DNA of 64,000 nucleotides from Eledone cirrhosa (taxonomy: Eukaryota). Position 1 is the stretch's first letter. The number at the start of each line of letters is the position of its first letter. Positions 31,890 to 44,745 of this stretch are shown piece after piece. The stretch covers positions 304,730,001 through 304,794,000 of the forward strand of contig OZ024742.1 of NCBI GenBank assembly GCA_964016885.1. Direction: 5' to 3'. Position numbers and translations under genes: made by a program. The notes under the pieces were generated by a model. That model ran no database searches and was not told the origin of the DNA. It worked only from the letters and a program-made list of their open reading frames with translations.

Positions 31890-33608
31890 TATGACTAAAA
31901 TAATAGTTTACCACTAGCAATGAGAATACCTCAGACTTACCGCGTAGACTTCACCAGCAATAATATATGGGTAACTACCATTGTCACCATCATTTTTATC
32001 ACCGTTATCATCATCAGCTTCCTCATTGCAAACAACATTCCGTTGATTATAACTACTTACTACTTAAAGCTATTTTATCAGTCATTCTTTCTCACGCTGA
32101 ATCTTGTTTCTCATTCATTTCTCTCTCTTCCTTGTGCTCTTTTTCTCACTCTCTCTTTCTCACTCTTTCTTTCTCACTTCCTTACCTTTTTTTCTCATTC
32201 TCACGCTCTCTTTCGCTCATATATACATACGTATATACAAAAAGTCACACGTAAACAAAATCAAATGTATATTTAAAAAATAACAAACCTTTAATATACT
32301 AAACTTTGTTTATTATACGAGTATTTATCTTAATCGATGATTTCCTATGGGAAACCTTCATTCTTTCTTGGTCAATAAAGAAACTAGCAAAGTATTGCAG
32401 CCTAAGCACTTTCAGGTCTATTTCTGTATGGCTTCAGATTCTGATGATGGTCACAATGGGAAATGATTTGGAGCTAGGGGGCTTTGCTGATTGATGAAGA
32501 ATAGAATTAGTAGTGTAGCTGGAACTTGAGACAGGTGGGAGTTTATGAGTGTGAAGTATTTTGGGGTATGAGGATTTGTATTTATTTTTTCTGTCTAGAA
32601 AAAAGCGCTGTGTGAATGACCTCCGCAGGGCCTTCAAGACTCATTTGATCGTCATTGTTATTGTTCAGTTGTATATGTCTTTTTTTAAAGGTGATGATTT
32701 CCGTATACTTTTATAAGCGGGGAGGCATTGGAAAGTCGAACATCTTGCTTATGTTGATGGTAGTGCGAATAGTTTCGAATGGGGTTTTCGTTTATGTTTA
32801 CTCTGTGTTTGTTTCGTGAATTATAATAATTATTTTTGCTGGTGTGAGCATGCGCGTTTGCATATATGTGTGCATTTATTTTCTGTTCGGAACTCCTGTA
32901 TTGATTTGGAAACTGAAATGTGTATATTAGTGAAGGGACACGGAACCTTTACTTGGTATTGCGGCCTGCAAAAATTAATAGGCGAATGTGTTTCATACTT
33001 CGGTGCCTTGAAATAGCTAAATATACTGGATAAAGTATTTATTCTTGTCGATCCCGTTGAAGCCACTTTTGTTGTTGCATTTATTTATTTATTTATTCAT
33101 TTATTTATTTATTTATTTATTTTTCAATGTTACTTTGAAAATTACCATTATTTTTCAACTCGACTTCTGACAAGACTAGAAAGAATTTCAGATTTCAAGT
33201 GATTCTTTCCAGCTTCTTTCTTGTCTGTCTTGCTTTTCTCCTTTCTTCTTTACTTCATATTTATATTTCATTTATTTATTTCACGTTTTTAAAGTATTTT
33301 TATTAGTTTTCCTTTTATCCTGTTTCCCTCCGCCTTTCACTGACATGGCATTCAGACTTGCCTCATACCTCCCCTACACAACATATCACTGCAAACCCGC
33401 GCCCTATACCGTTCTCTCATCTTTTAAGTGACCGTTTTATTTGAATCTGCCATTTCGTTTCTCCATTTCTACTTTTCTATATTGTTTAGCATCCCTCGAC
33501 TCCTTCTTCAACCCCAAACATCATCTTCGCTTCCACTACAATCTCCATATAGATATGTCTTTATATCTATCTATCTAACTATCTATCTACATATACATAA
33601 AGGTATGT

Positions 33609-33660
<52 letters not shown>

Positions 33661-34032
33661 CATCCATATGCATGAATACTCTGTCTCACATGCACAAACA
33701 TATACACTCACATATATATGCATATACAAATATACATGTGTGATGAGTTTATTTATTCTTTTTATTTGTCGCAGTAACATTATTGTACTTGTAACGATTT
33801 TTGTTCTTTTCTCTGCATATTTTTATAAAATCTATCTCATCACATATATTTTCGTTCCCTCTCTCTCTCTATTGTCTACTTTCTCTGATATGTTTGTTCT
33901 TCATAGGGATGTAAGGGTAAGCATATATATATATGTATATGTGTATATATATATATAAATATATATAAATTGATATAACTGTGTATATGAAAGTGTGTGC
34001 ATGTGTTAGCTTGTATTATGAATAAATATCTT

Positions 34033-34120
<88 letters not shown>

Positions 34121-34670
34121 TATGTATTGAAAACCTATATACAATCCTATTCTATTACTACTCACATACTCACGTACACAACCATACTCAGAACATAGAA
34201 CACATCTAACCCTAACAAAACTATTCAGAGACAGCATATCATACAATGTTCTCCACTTTTCCACCTTTTTTTCGCCGTTATTTTGGGTTATTATTATTTT
34301 CCTTTTCCTCTACTGTTTCTTACTTCTTTTCTAGCTTTTTATACAAAGTTTTTCTCCTGTTTTTTCTTTTTACTTTGTCTTCTTTATTCTCTTTTTACCT
34401 GTTATTTCTTTCTTTCATTCTGTCTTTCTTTCTCTGTTCTGTTATATTTTTATTTATCTGTGTTTTGCTTTGTTTTATTTTACTATGTTTTCTCTTCGCA
34501 TACCACATGATATAGATTCTCGCCACATTAATCCTATAAGAACCGTCATTACGATTCTTTCCTTCAAGACAACGTTCCATCAACAGAACAGCGAAACTTC
34601 CAACTGCAATGTTTCTCAAAAATCTTCTTTTCATATCTTTTAATTTATTTTCCTTATATATAAATATATT

Positions 34671-34725
<55 letters not shown>

Positions 34726-34772
34726 TGGTGGATACAAACACATGTAGATGCGTGTATAGACACACACACACA

Positions 34773-34871
<99 letters not shown>

Positions 34872-34954
34872 ATATATTTGTGTGTATATACCTGTGTGTG
34901 TGTATATGTGTCTGCGTGTATCTATGCACGCATCTACATGTGTTTGTATCCACG

Positions 34955-35007
<53 letters not shown>

Positions 35008-35299
35008 TCATCCATTCATTTATTTGATTTACAAATTGTATTGACAAAAAGTTCAATCCACTAGAGATTCAAGGTTTCACTGTTATTTCAAACTTAGTAC
35101 AGGCATGTTTCATTAATTTACTATAATGCTTCTTAAGTTTATATTCTGTTTCTACTTTATATTTTATATTGTCATTGCTCATAGAATTTAAATAATTTAT
35201 CGGACTTCTATTGTATTGGTTTATTTCATGTAACTAGGAATGACATTTATCTATATAGTCAGGAAACATTTTGCACGATTTTGAAATGATAATACTAAT

Positions 35300-35518
35300 A
35301 ATGATTTCTAATTTAGGCACAAGGCCAGCAATTTGAAGGGAAGGGGAAAGTCGTTTAACTCGACCCCAGTGCTTACAGGTATTTTATGTTATAGACTCCG
35401 TAAGGACGAAAGGCAAACTAACCTCGGTGGGATTTGAACTCAGACCGTAAATGACCGTAACTCAATTTTGCAAAGCATGTTATCGACATTCTACCCATTC
35501 TATCAATCCACCGCCCTA
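35300..35518 (-). mobile_element. Deu/Nin-like SINE, longer subtype
   Basis: Family head and core with an extra ~25-nt G-rich segment after GGCCAGCAATT. Confidence 0.8.
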
Positions 35519-35524
35519 TAATAA

Positions 35525-36120
35525 TGGTTTCTTCATGAGCCACACAGGGTTTACATTAAGAGGACACTAAAGATGGTAAAGGGTGGTGCAGAGAGAAAGT
35601 TTTAGAAAGATGATTAAAAAATAAAAAGCAAAAACTGTACAAGTTTCCCAAACATGGGGATATCTCCGAGCGTCACTCCTCGAGAAAGCTCACAAAAAGC
35701 CACGGTAATCTTGACCGCTTGGGTAAGTGCCTTATCTCAGATGTTCTCTTCCAATTTCGGCGCGCATTCTCAGAGCAAATCCATTGAATCGGACCATGTT
35801 CGCCTCTCTCACCCACCTTCCAACAAACTGGTTGAAAGGCAGGATTTTCCTCTCCATCCTGATTATTCTCTTCGCGTGAAACCTGAGAAAGTTAATTAGG
35901 GCTTTGCGGAGAAGGAAAGTGCTTGTCTTCAACGCTTTCAAGCACGTCCACCACACGACCTCTTTCACCGTTGCCACCAGGCAAATAAAAACTGTATGTC
36001 CTCCCTCTTTAAAGGAAGAAGACAGAGATATCTTCACAATGGACTCAGTTGATAGTCGGATCCGTCCCACAAGTAACAGCAGGTGTTCTACATACCCATC
36101 TGCTGTCACGTGTGGGAAGG
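35525..36120 (-). mobile_element. LINE 3' fragment, probably L1/Tx1-type ORF2 C-terminus plus UTR
   Basis: ORF 35732-36109 (FICLVATVKEVVW...LINFLRFH...MERKIL...FVGRW) resembles recalled L1/Tx1 C-termini; T-rich 3' UTR. Confidence 0.5.
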
Positions 36121-36129
36121 ATCATAACA

Positions 36130-36315
36130 ATAGTGGTTTCTGATTTCAGCACAAGGCCAACAATACTTTTTTTATGGGTGTGGGTGGGGGTTGATTAAAT
36201 CGACAATAGTGCGTTACTTGTACTTTATTTTATCGGGCTCATAAGAATTAAAGTCAAAGCTAATCGCGGTGAAATTTGAACTCAGAACGTAAAGGACCGT
36301 AACACAATGTCAAAA
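36130..36315 (-). mobile_element. Diverged Deu/Nin-like SINE
   Basis: GCACAAGGCCA...GTACTTTATTTTATCG...TTTGAACTCAGAACGTAAAG. Confidence 0.75.
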
Positions 36316-36649
36316 ACGACTGTCTTGTGATTAATTCTGGTTGCGTTTTTGTCCAATGTTGCACATTTACACTGACAGTGGTCAGCCACAAACACTCTCA
36401 TCAGTTTTTGCAATTGACTAGGCAAACACCTTAGCAGTCAAACATATCATCTCACACAGGACGGGTGTCCCTAATTTTTTTCTCTTCTTCAGCTTTCCGA
36501 TAAATTCAAATTCAAAATAGTCACGTTAAAATATTGAGGAGAATGTAGCAGTGACAGTGGTATAGCTCTCCATACCACTACAAATAGCAGTAGAGCAAAC
36601 AACCGAACCATGCTAATTTAGGAACAAAGCCAATCAATTCCAGTGCGTT

Positions 36650-36820
36650 ACTGGAACCGGCAGGAGTTCCAGGGCTAGTCCCTGAGCAAGATGGTTATAT
36701 AACATCCACAAGCGCGGGGTTCCAGTCGGCTCAGTTGGAGATAGTTGCTTCTGACAGGATCCGCTAGAATTCGTTCTAGGGGACTCTCATCCTACGATCC
36801 TTCCAGGAATAAGTAGGTAA
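36650..36820 (+). mobile_element. RTE-clade LINE 3' end (diverged)
   Basis: Homologous to 44590-44745 (GAGCAAGATGGTTA.ATAACATC...TTGC.TCTGACA). Confidence 0.6.
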
Positions 36821-36834
36821 AGAAGAAGAAAAAT

Positions 36835-37485
36835 AATTGATTACTTCATGATTATTCTTGTAAACATTTTATCGTTCAGGCGGAATCGGAAGGTTTTTTT
36901 TCTTTTCAAGGTCTGGTGTAGTCAGCTAATATTGTTTTATTTCTCTCAGTGTATTATTTTCATAGGAAATGCGGTTATAGAATCTCTGATTGAATGTATC
37001 TTTAACCATGCCTCTGTACCGATTTAGTGGTAATGTATTGGGGATATGGTATCCTTTCATATGGTGGGCGTTTGTGATATATATTCTTCAAAGTTCTGCT
37101 ACGACCGTTGCTTACTTTAAAATCTGTTAAATATTTCTTTATATTCATGGTTGGTTTGGAAGTGTTATGTTGAGATATTTTCTGATATTAGATTTCACCT
37201 TAAGTGAAAAGGGATGTGTTAACCATATGATGTTACTGCAACTTTTCTTGTTCTTATGTGGTGGGCGTGAGGTGAGTCACTCGATACTTTTCTCCTTGAA
37301 TAATGCATTATTTTCAGTTGAAGCTTTCTTATCAAATGCTTCCTTATTGGAAATTCTTCTACTAATATTATTGATTCTTTAAAAGGTACGGGTTATGGTT
37401 AAATTCTCTCTTAACAGAAGTGATCCTTTCAATGGTCTTCTTTTTGTCCATGAGTACTTTTCAAATGACGAAGTCTAAAAAGAAC
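36835..37485 (-). mobile_element. Decayed Penelope-like element (RT thumb/linker, EN remnant)
   Basis: Minus-strand peptides NISRRISN, NIIWLTHPFSLKVKSNI, HEYKEIFNR and DTFNQRFYN match the IIWFNPPFS/KIFNRN/FKxRY motifs also seen at 61.4-62.3 kb. Degenerate CGCCTGAACGAT...ATGAAG at the 3' end. Confidence 0.65.
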
Positions 37486-38041
37486 AAAAGATGAAATCTT
37501 TAAATAATGTCACCGTTTGTAAGATTCAATTCAAATTTGGTTTCAACTGTCAACAAAATAAGTACTTTTAAGGTATTAGTGTTAATTACGTAAATTTTTT
37601 ATCTTCCTTTTATATAGCTATTTCTGTATTTAAGGAGAAATTTCGTAACATATAAGGTCGATTTAACCCTGGGAGTGGGGAATTATTTGTGAACGATATT
37701 AAATGCTGTTAAATGCTGGTTGTTGCTGAAGAAGAATGGACCAAATGGGTGATAGAGAGCGATAAGTGAAACTACTTGCATGATTGTAAATGAATATATA
37801 GAAACGAAATTAACATTTCAATCAAAACGATGCATGTGAAATCGTTTAAGCAACTTCAACCAGAGCATGTCATACACTACACACAGTCAATAGAAAAAGC
37901 AATAGCCTTTTAACCCTGTTCCTTTTTAAGCTTGGCCTTCTCTGCTTTAAAAGAAAAGAAGTGAGAAGACGACAGAATAAGAGATTGGGTTGGTGAAGAA
38001 AGAAAACATATACTAAAGAGTGCAGAATTCTGATTAATAAT

Positions 38042-38229
38042 TGTTTCTACTTTTGGCACGAGGCCAGCAAATATCCAGTGTATTCCTGGTACTTTATTTT
38101 ATAGACCCCGTAAGGATAAAAGGCAAAGTTAACCTCGGCGGGATTTGATCTCAGAATGGCAAGGGCCGTAACTCTATGCGTCAAAGCTTGGCGTCCTACC
38201 CTCTACCGATACTGCCAATCCACCACCCT
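38042..38229 (-). mobile_element. Full-length Deu/Nin-like SINE with 18-bp TSD
   Basis: AGAATTCTGATTAATAAT at 38024-38041 and 38230-38247. Confidence 0.92.
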
Positions 38230-38504
38230 AGAATTCTGATTAATAATGTTAGATCGATAATGTTTAGTTTTCTTACATGGCTAAAAGTATGTATCGAATT
38301 ACAGCATAGACCAATGGAGAGAAAGGGCGACGTGAGTTGTACAAGACGACACAGCGGGTGGGGAGGAAATCAAGGAAAGCAGAATAAAAGGGAAAGTAGG
38401 TTTAGAAACAGATTATAGGTGATATTGCTGTTTAGTATAATAATAATGGAGAATTCTACTGAATATACTTACACAGACACACACACACACACATACACAC
38501 ACAC

Positions 38505-38626
<122 letters not shown>

Positions 38627-38999
38627 ATATATATATATATACATATATGTATGTGTGAGTATGCACATTATTTGTGTATGGTCGAATAGGCAAAACGTAA
38701 TGGGGGTGGCAAAGAGGGTACTTGCGAGAGTGGTTTAAAAAGAAAAAAGAATGAAAATACAGAAGTGGAGAATGGAATAAGAATAATAGAGTGTAGGAGG
38801 ACAGAAAACATTGTCCACTGAGAGGAGAGGGAAATAGGGAGAAACAGAGGGAGGGAGGGAAATGAGAGAGAGAGAGAGAGAGAGACGGAGAGAGAGAGAG
38901 AGAGAGAGAGAGAAGCGTGGTACAAGTAGAGAGGCTGATGACAAAACTATAAACAGTTGTATAGAACAACAAAACCAGTTGAACGACAAGACTGATGAA

Positions 39000-39340
39000 A
39001 CTTGACGTGGTTACAAAATTGACAGCTTCGATTGGAATGTCACGTGCAGCGTGTTCATAGGTAAAACATGACAGTTAGATCCGATTGGAGCATTTCCTGT
39101 TACGTATGGACATAGCTGTTGTCACGTGACCAATAAAATTGTGTGTGTGTGGGGGGGGGGGGGGGAAGAAAAACGTTATCTTGCTTTTTTATTTTTCCTT
39201 TTCCTTTTTTTTTATTTAACGTCCCTATGTGTTTCACTTATCAATTCGATCTTCTTCACAACTCTCTACTTATGAAGAAAGCTGATACTGAATTAGTATG
39301 TGGTAGACGTAGGCAGTTTATTAAATTGACGTCACCGAGA
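39000..39340. promoter_or_regulatory. Candidate cis-regulatory module (bZIP/E-box/CCAAT cluster)
   Basis: TGACGTGG 39003, ATTGG 39031 and 39084, GTCACGTG 39039, TTACGTAT 39100, GTCACGTGAC 39121 overlapping CCAAT 39130, TGACGTCA 39327, TGACAG 39020 and 39069. Confidence 0.5.
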
Positions 39341-40606
39341 GAATCATGTCTTTGGCTTTAACGTAGATATTCGTTCCCTTATTTTGAATCCAGTTCCTCT
39401 AACTCATCATGTGGCTTAAGAGGAGTGAAAGCACTCACTCTCCCCCAACTCACACACAAACGCAGGTACTTATATGTATATATATTTATGAATGTTAAGA
39501 CGTATTTCTGCATATGATGACATGGACAAAATATCTATGACATGAACAAAGGCTTAAGTTTGTTTAACAATGATGAGGTATTGGGTTCGATTTCCATTTA
39601 AGGAATCATGATCAAATATTGTTTTGCCATAGCCTTAAGGTGACCCAAACTATGTGATGGAAATTGAGTCGATGTAAATAGGCCGTTCCATTAATAAATG
39701 CTCCATGTGGAGCATTCATCAATGTAGAACGGCACAGGATCAAAAAAAGATCTAGGCGTATTTATTTCTATTGTAATCAGATATACCATCAAAAAAGAAA
39801 ACATTTACAGTTACGGAACTCATATTATTCCTAGTACTAACAATATATTGAGGCTGATGAGGATTATAAGGAATATGAATTTCATAAGACGGGTGATGAT
39901 GGTGATGTTGATATGTGATGGTGATGGTAATGTTGATAAACAGGAGTAAGCGGTGATGATCGTGTCTAACCATCAGAAGGTGCATTATTTTCCTTTCTGA
40001 TATGTATTTGAATAAATCAACCAAGAACTGATACTTATTGGAATTACTGAAATGATGGACAGTAAATTGGGTCGACCAAACGAAATACCACAGGCTTTTT
40101 CTCAGTAATGCTTTATTGAGTCTGCTACCAAATTCCTTAATTGATCTTCAAATCACGTGATGATTCAATTATGCAAGCATGCTTAGGGTTGAAGAGAGTA
40201 AGGTGGCAAGATCTCAAGAACAGACAACTTTGTATTTAGGGAAGTGAAAGCATGGCAACGTTGAGGGCAAAAACATGTTATAATAGATATTGTTAAAAAG
40301 CGAATGTTTTGAAAGCAAACGGAGAGCAATTTTTATTAGTGATATATTAGAAAAATACATATTTTATTATATGTATATTAGAGTTTACTATTACTTTAGC
40401 TATTTTTCTTTGACATTTATAAGAAACCGATTTGAGTCTATGGAAATGTGAGGTATGTTCTGACTGGCCAGAAAAAAATGTTAACAAATTTAAAGAGCTG
40501 ACCAACTGACGAGATAGTGTCAGTGCTGACACCCACTAAAAAGAGAATTATATACATATAATTTGAGTGTGTCTGTGTGTGAGAGTGTGTGTCTGTGCGC
40601 GCGCGC

Positions 40607-40643
<37 letters not shown>

Positions 40644-41398
40644 TGTGTGTGTGTTAAATATAGTAGAGAAAGTGTGAGATAGACATATGAATTTGGGGAC
40701 AAAGAAGCTAAGTAAATAGATTTAAAATTCTTTTCTTTTTTAATTCGTATAAGAAAACAACATAGAATAGTGAATAATTAAGTAGAGATGAATGAATCAG
40801 AAAATTATGGAGAAATGTAGAATATCTCTAAAAGCTAAGGAGAATGCAGTGATAATAACTACATGAGAGGAAGGTGGAAACTGACTGAGCGAGGTCAGGG
40901 AGTGAGTGAGGAGGGAAGGAAAGATAGTATTTGAGAGAGTTCGGGGAGACGAAGATGACAGGTAAAAATAAAATAAAATGCAGACGGCTTATCAAGAATA
41001 TTCATTCCTTCATTCATTGCTCGTTAGTTTTAACTTATTCCTATGAATACATTATTAAAAGTACCTAGCTAATTGAGTGATTCAAGAGGTGAGAAAAACA
41101 GAGTTACGGCTGTCAGCAAGAGAATATGAACAGTTTCACCAAGAAATGAAACTCGTTATATGTGTGTGATTATGTACGAATGCGTTATGTCTAAATGTGT
41201 ATGTATACACACTCCGCTATGGCCTTGTACGCTCGTTCATATGTCAGTTCAAGTATGTGTGTGAGTCTGCGAATGTGTTTGGAAAATGGAAATCCCAGTC
41301 GTTGTTGGAGCAAATATAGAAATATAATGTATTTCTCAGATAGAATAGACACGTATGCATACACATATACAGGCCTACACACACACACACACACACAT

Positions 41399-41465
<67 letters not shown>

Positions 41466-41544
41466 GTGAGAAAGGGATAAAGAGAAAGTGTGAGATATAC
41501 AGATGTATATAGACATATGTGTATACATATGTGTACACTCATAA

Positions 41545-41634
<90 letters not shown>

Positions 41635-41644
41635 CATATATATG

Positions 41645-41678
<34 letters not shown>

Positions 41679-41689
41679 TGTACATATAT

Positions 41690-41781
<92 letters not shown>

Positions 41782-42969
41782 ATAAAAAAAGATGGCGTTT
41801 CTAAAAGAGAACGGGAGGAAGATAAAAACAAATTAGAAGAGAAGTGCAAAGAATGATAGTGTAATAATGGATAAGGGAAGGAATAATTAGTGAAGAACCC
41901 GAAATAATGGGTCATAAGTCAAACGACCACCAAGGCCTATCTAAACAGATTTCAATGGCGTCGGCTTTTCTCTTTACTATCTAGCCTCCTTACACCAGTC
42001 TGCTCTCGACTAACCCGTGTTACCCATTATCATTCATAATTTTGAGACGGCTGCCGGAGTTGTCGGTTGCCTCGTTAGCTGAGATGAAGGCGTTCGTTTA
42101 CCGTGTAAATCAATCATTCATGTCGACAGCAATGTTTAATGAATTTTACCCAGAATTCAGCGGTCGAGAAAAACGGAATCTGTCACTTCCATTAGCAGTG
42201 ACCTTTTTATACGCATGCGTAATCCTTCGTGTCTGTTACGGTGGCGACAATGGCGATAGCAGTGATTAGAAGAGAAAACGGAGGCTTATGGCATTTATGA
42301 TTAAGTTGGTGATGTTAATGGGAAAAAGTAGAAGGTAGAGGTGAAGTTGTTAGTATTGATTGTGATGTTGGAGCTGGTGCCGGTGCTGGTGCTGGAGCTG
42401 GTGGATTTAGTGTTTTTAATAGTAGTGCTGGTGATTGCGTGGATGTTGGTGAGGTGATTGTGATAACAACGGTTATAGAAATGGTGCGAGATTTAATGGA
42501 ACTGATGATGGTGTTTGTGTTGCTAGTGATGTTTAACAGATGATGATGCTAATGTTGATGATTGTTGCTGGAAGTGTTAGTTGTGCTGTGCTTAGGTGTA
42601 TGGATGTGGGAACGGTCTATAATATGGTATCTGTTTGGCCAGCTACAAATACATTAAAAGAGTAAGAGAATATAGTAATGAAAGAATATGCTATCAGGCA
42701 AAGTACAAAGAACTGAATTTTACTTGTAAAAGCGACAAGAACAAAATAAATGAAGAAAATAAAAATAGGAGGGAGATAAAAAAATACAAAAAGTAAAAAA
42801 AAAAACATCAAATAAAAAAATAAAACAACAAATGAATTGGGAATCGATAAATAGATAAATAAGCAAATAAATAAATACATAAATAAATGATAGATAAGGG
42901 CGTAAAAGATGAAAGATTGGCTGGAATGGTGAATAAGCGATATTGACTCAATTTGAAATTTGGGGCTTT

Positions 42970-43017
<48 letters not shown>

Positions 43018-44053
43018 TACACAAATATACTCATATATATGAGTATGTGTGTATATATCATATATATATATGAGTATATATGAATGCAGGAATATGGACA
43101 TATATATATATAATCATCTAATTTATCCTGCGTACATTGCGACTTTTCTGTGTAATCTTTAATCTGTAGTACCTTCTCACTCATACATACTCAGTCATTA
43201 CATATACATATATATATATATGTGTGTATGTGTGCGCGGGCATATATGTGTGTTTCGGTGTGGCACTTTCTCAGTCTATTATTCTATGACTCACAATGCT
43301 TTACTCCCTCCCTCCGATTTCTACCTCTCTTTCCTCTCTCCTTCAATCTCTCGCTCTCCCTTTTTTGTCCCTCAATCATTTACTTTCTCTTTTTTCTATT
43401 CTTTCCCAACCATATATATTTGACATTCTTTACTAATAGACTGATATTTATATTATATACCATATAAATATCTACAGATGTACACGCATAAACGCACACA
43501 CACAGATACACCCCCCCCCCGCATGGTGCAGACAAGAATCAATACATAAAACGTATAGTACATGTTTACGTTCGTTTGAAGGATGTAAGTACTGGAAGCC
43601 AGTAAAGTTTGTGTTACTCTGTTTAATTAAGTTTGAAAAGTTAGTTACTGGGTATGTTGGTATACATTAGGGACTGAAAACTGATTATTACTATTTCCAA
43701 TGTGAATACAGGAAGCCAATTATCAATATTCTTTAACTAAAAGTTATACAGGCATGATACAGAATAACCTTCTGGCAAGCGAAATACATCCTTTTATGTC
43801 AGCCAGAATATTCTCGAAACAATTGCTTCATTTTTGACGCTATTCACGTTCCGATTAGATTGTCGTATGGATAAGGAGTGCGCTGTGCAGCCATGTTGTT
43901 CTTGGTTCAGCTCCTCTATTGCCTTCTGAGTGAACTACCACGAAATTGTATGCCAGCAATGTGGCCGTGGAGGTAGAGTTACAGTTGTCTCTTCGTCTTA
44001 TGTAACTCGGTTTCCATGTGCACGTGCGACTGGCATAAACATTACTTTATATA

Positions 44054-44213
44054 TAACAAAGAAGGCGAGGTAAGATACCAGGTGGAGATAACGCACCAGA
44101 GTACTCGATCCTTAGGGTAGTAGAGTGGGTAATAGGGAAAAGAAATAGTGTTCGGATCTAGCTGACGAAACGCCGGAGCTCAGCGGTCGGGGTCCTGCCT
44201 CTTTTTCCTATTA
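44054..44213 (-). mobile_element. Diverged family X copy (tail plus one inverted arm)
   Basis: AACAAAGAAGG...ATAACGCACCAGAGTACTC...GTAGTAGAGTGGGTAATAGG joined to inverted GACGAAACGCCGGAGCTCAGCGGTCGGGGTCC...CCTATTAC. Confidence 0.8.
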
Positions 44214-44229
44214 CTTCATATATATATAT

Positions 44230-44745
44230 GGAGTTCCACTGAAGCAGGTATCCACTGAAGCAGGTATCCACTGAAGCAACTATCTCAGAGACGTGTTCAC
44301 GAGTGATGGAAGGTAGGAGGCTGAATTAAATGCAAGAATTGCTGGCGCTGGTGCAGTAATGCACCAGCTTCTGCATTCAGTAATCAGAAGGGGGGTGGGT
44401 GTTATGCCAAACACGCTATTTTCAATTCGGTATTCGTTTCCAACACTTACCTATGGACATCAATTATTGCTGCCACTGTTTGAGACAGTATCCCTAATTA
44501 ATACATTTTTTTTATAATACCTTTATTAAACAATACAACATAGTGACAATTTATTATAAACAGTGAATAACGTTAACTATGTTCACAAACCAACAGATAG
44601 GTGACCCAGGGGTAGACCCCGAGCAAGATGGTTAGATAACATCTATGAGCTTGGCTGGCACGCTTGAGGATCCAGCTGGACCAGGTGGACACGGTTGCCT
44701 CTGACAAGACCTGCTGGAGTGAGTAATTGAGGACTCTGCCCTACT
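44230..44745 (+). mobile_element. RTE-clade LINE fragments
   Basis: Peptides YLRDVFTSDGR*EAELNARI...AVM, IFNSVF.PTLTYGH and PRGRPRARWLDNI. A 16-bp unit TCCACTGAAGCAGGTA is repeated ~3 times at the 5' junction (44235-44279). Confidence 0.8.

Noticed and set aside
44445-44460. Minus-strand TAG|GTAAGT
   Set aside because: No pyrimidine tract; it lies within RTE coding remnant (PTLTYGH).
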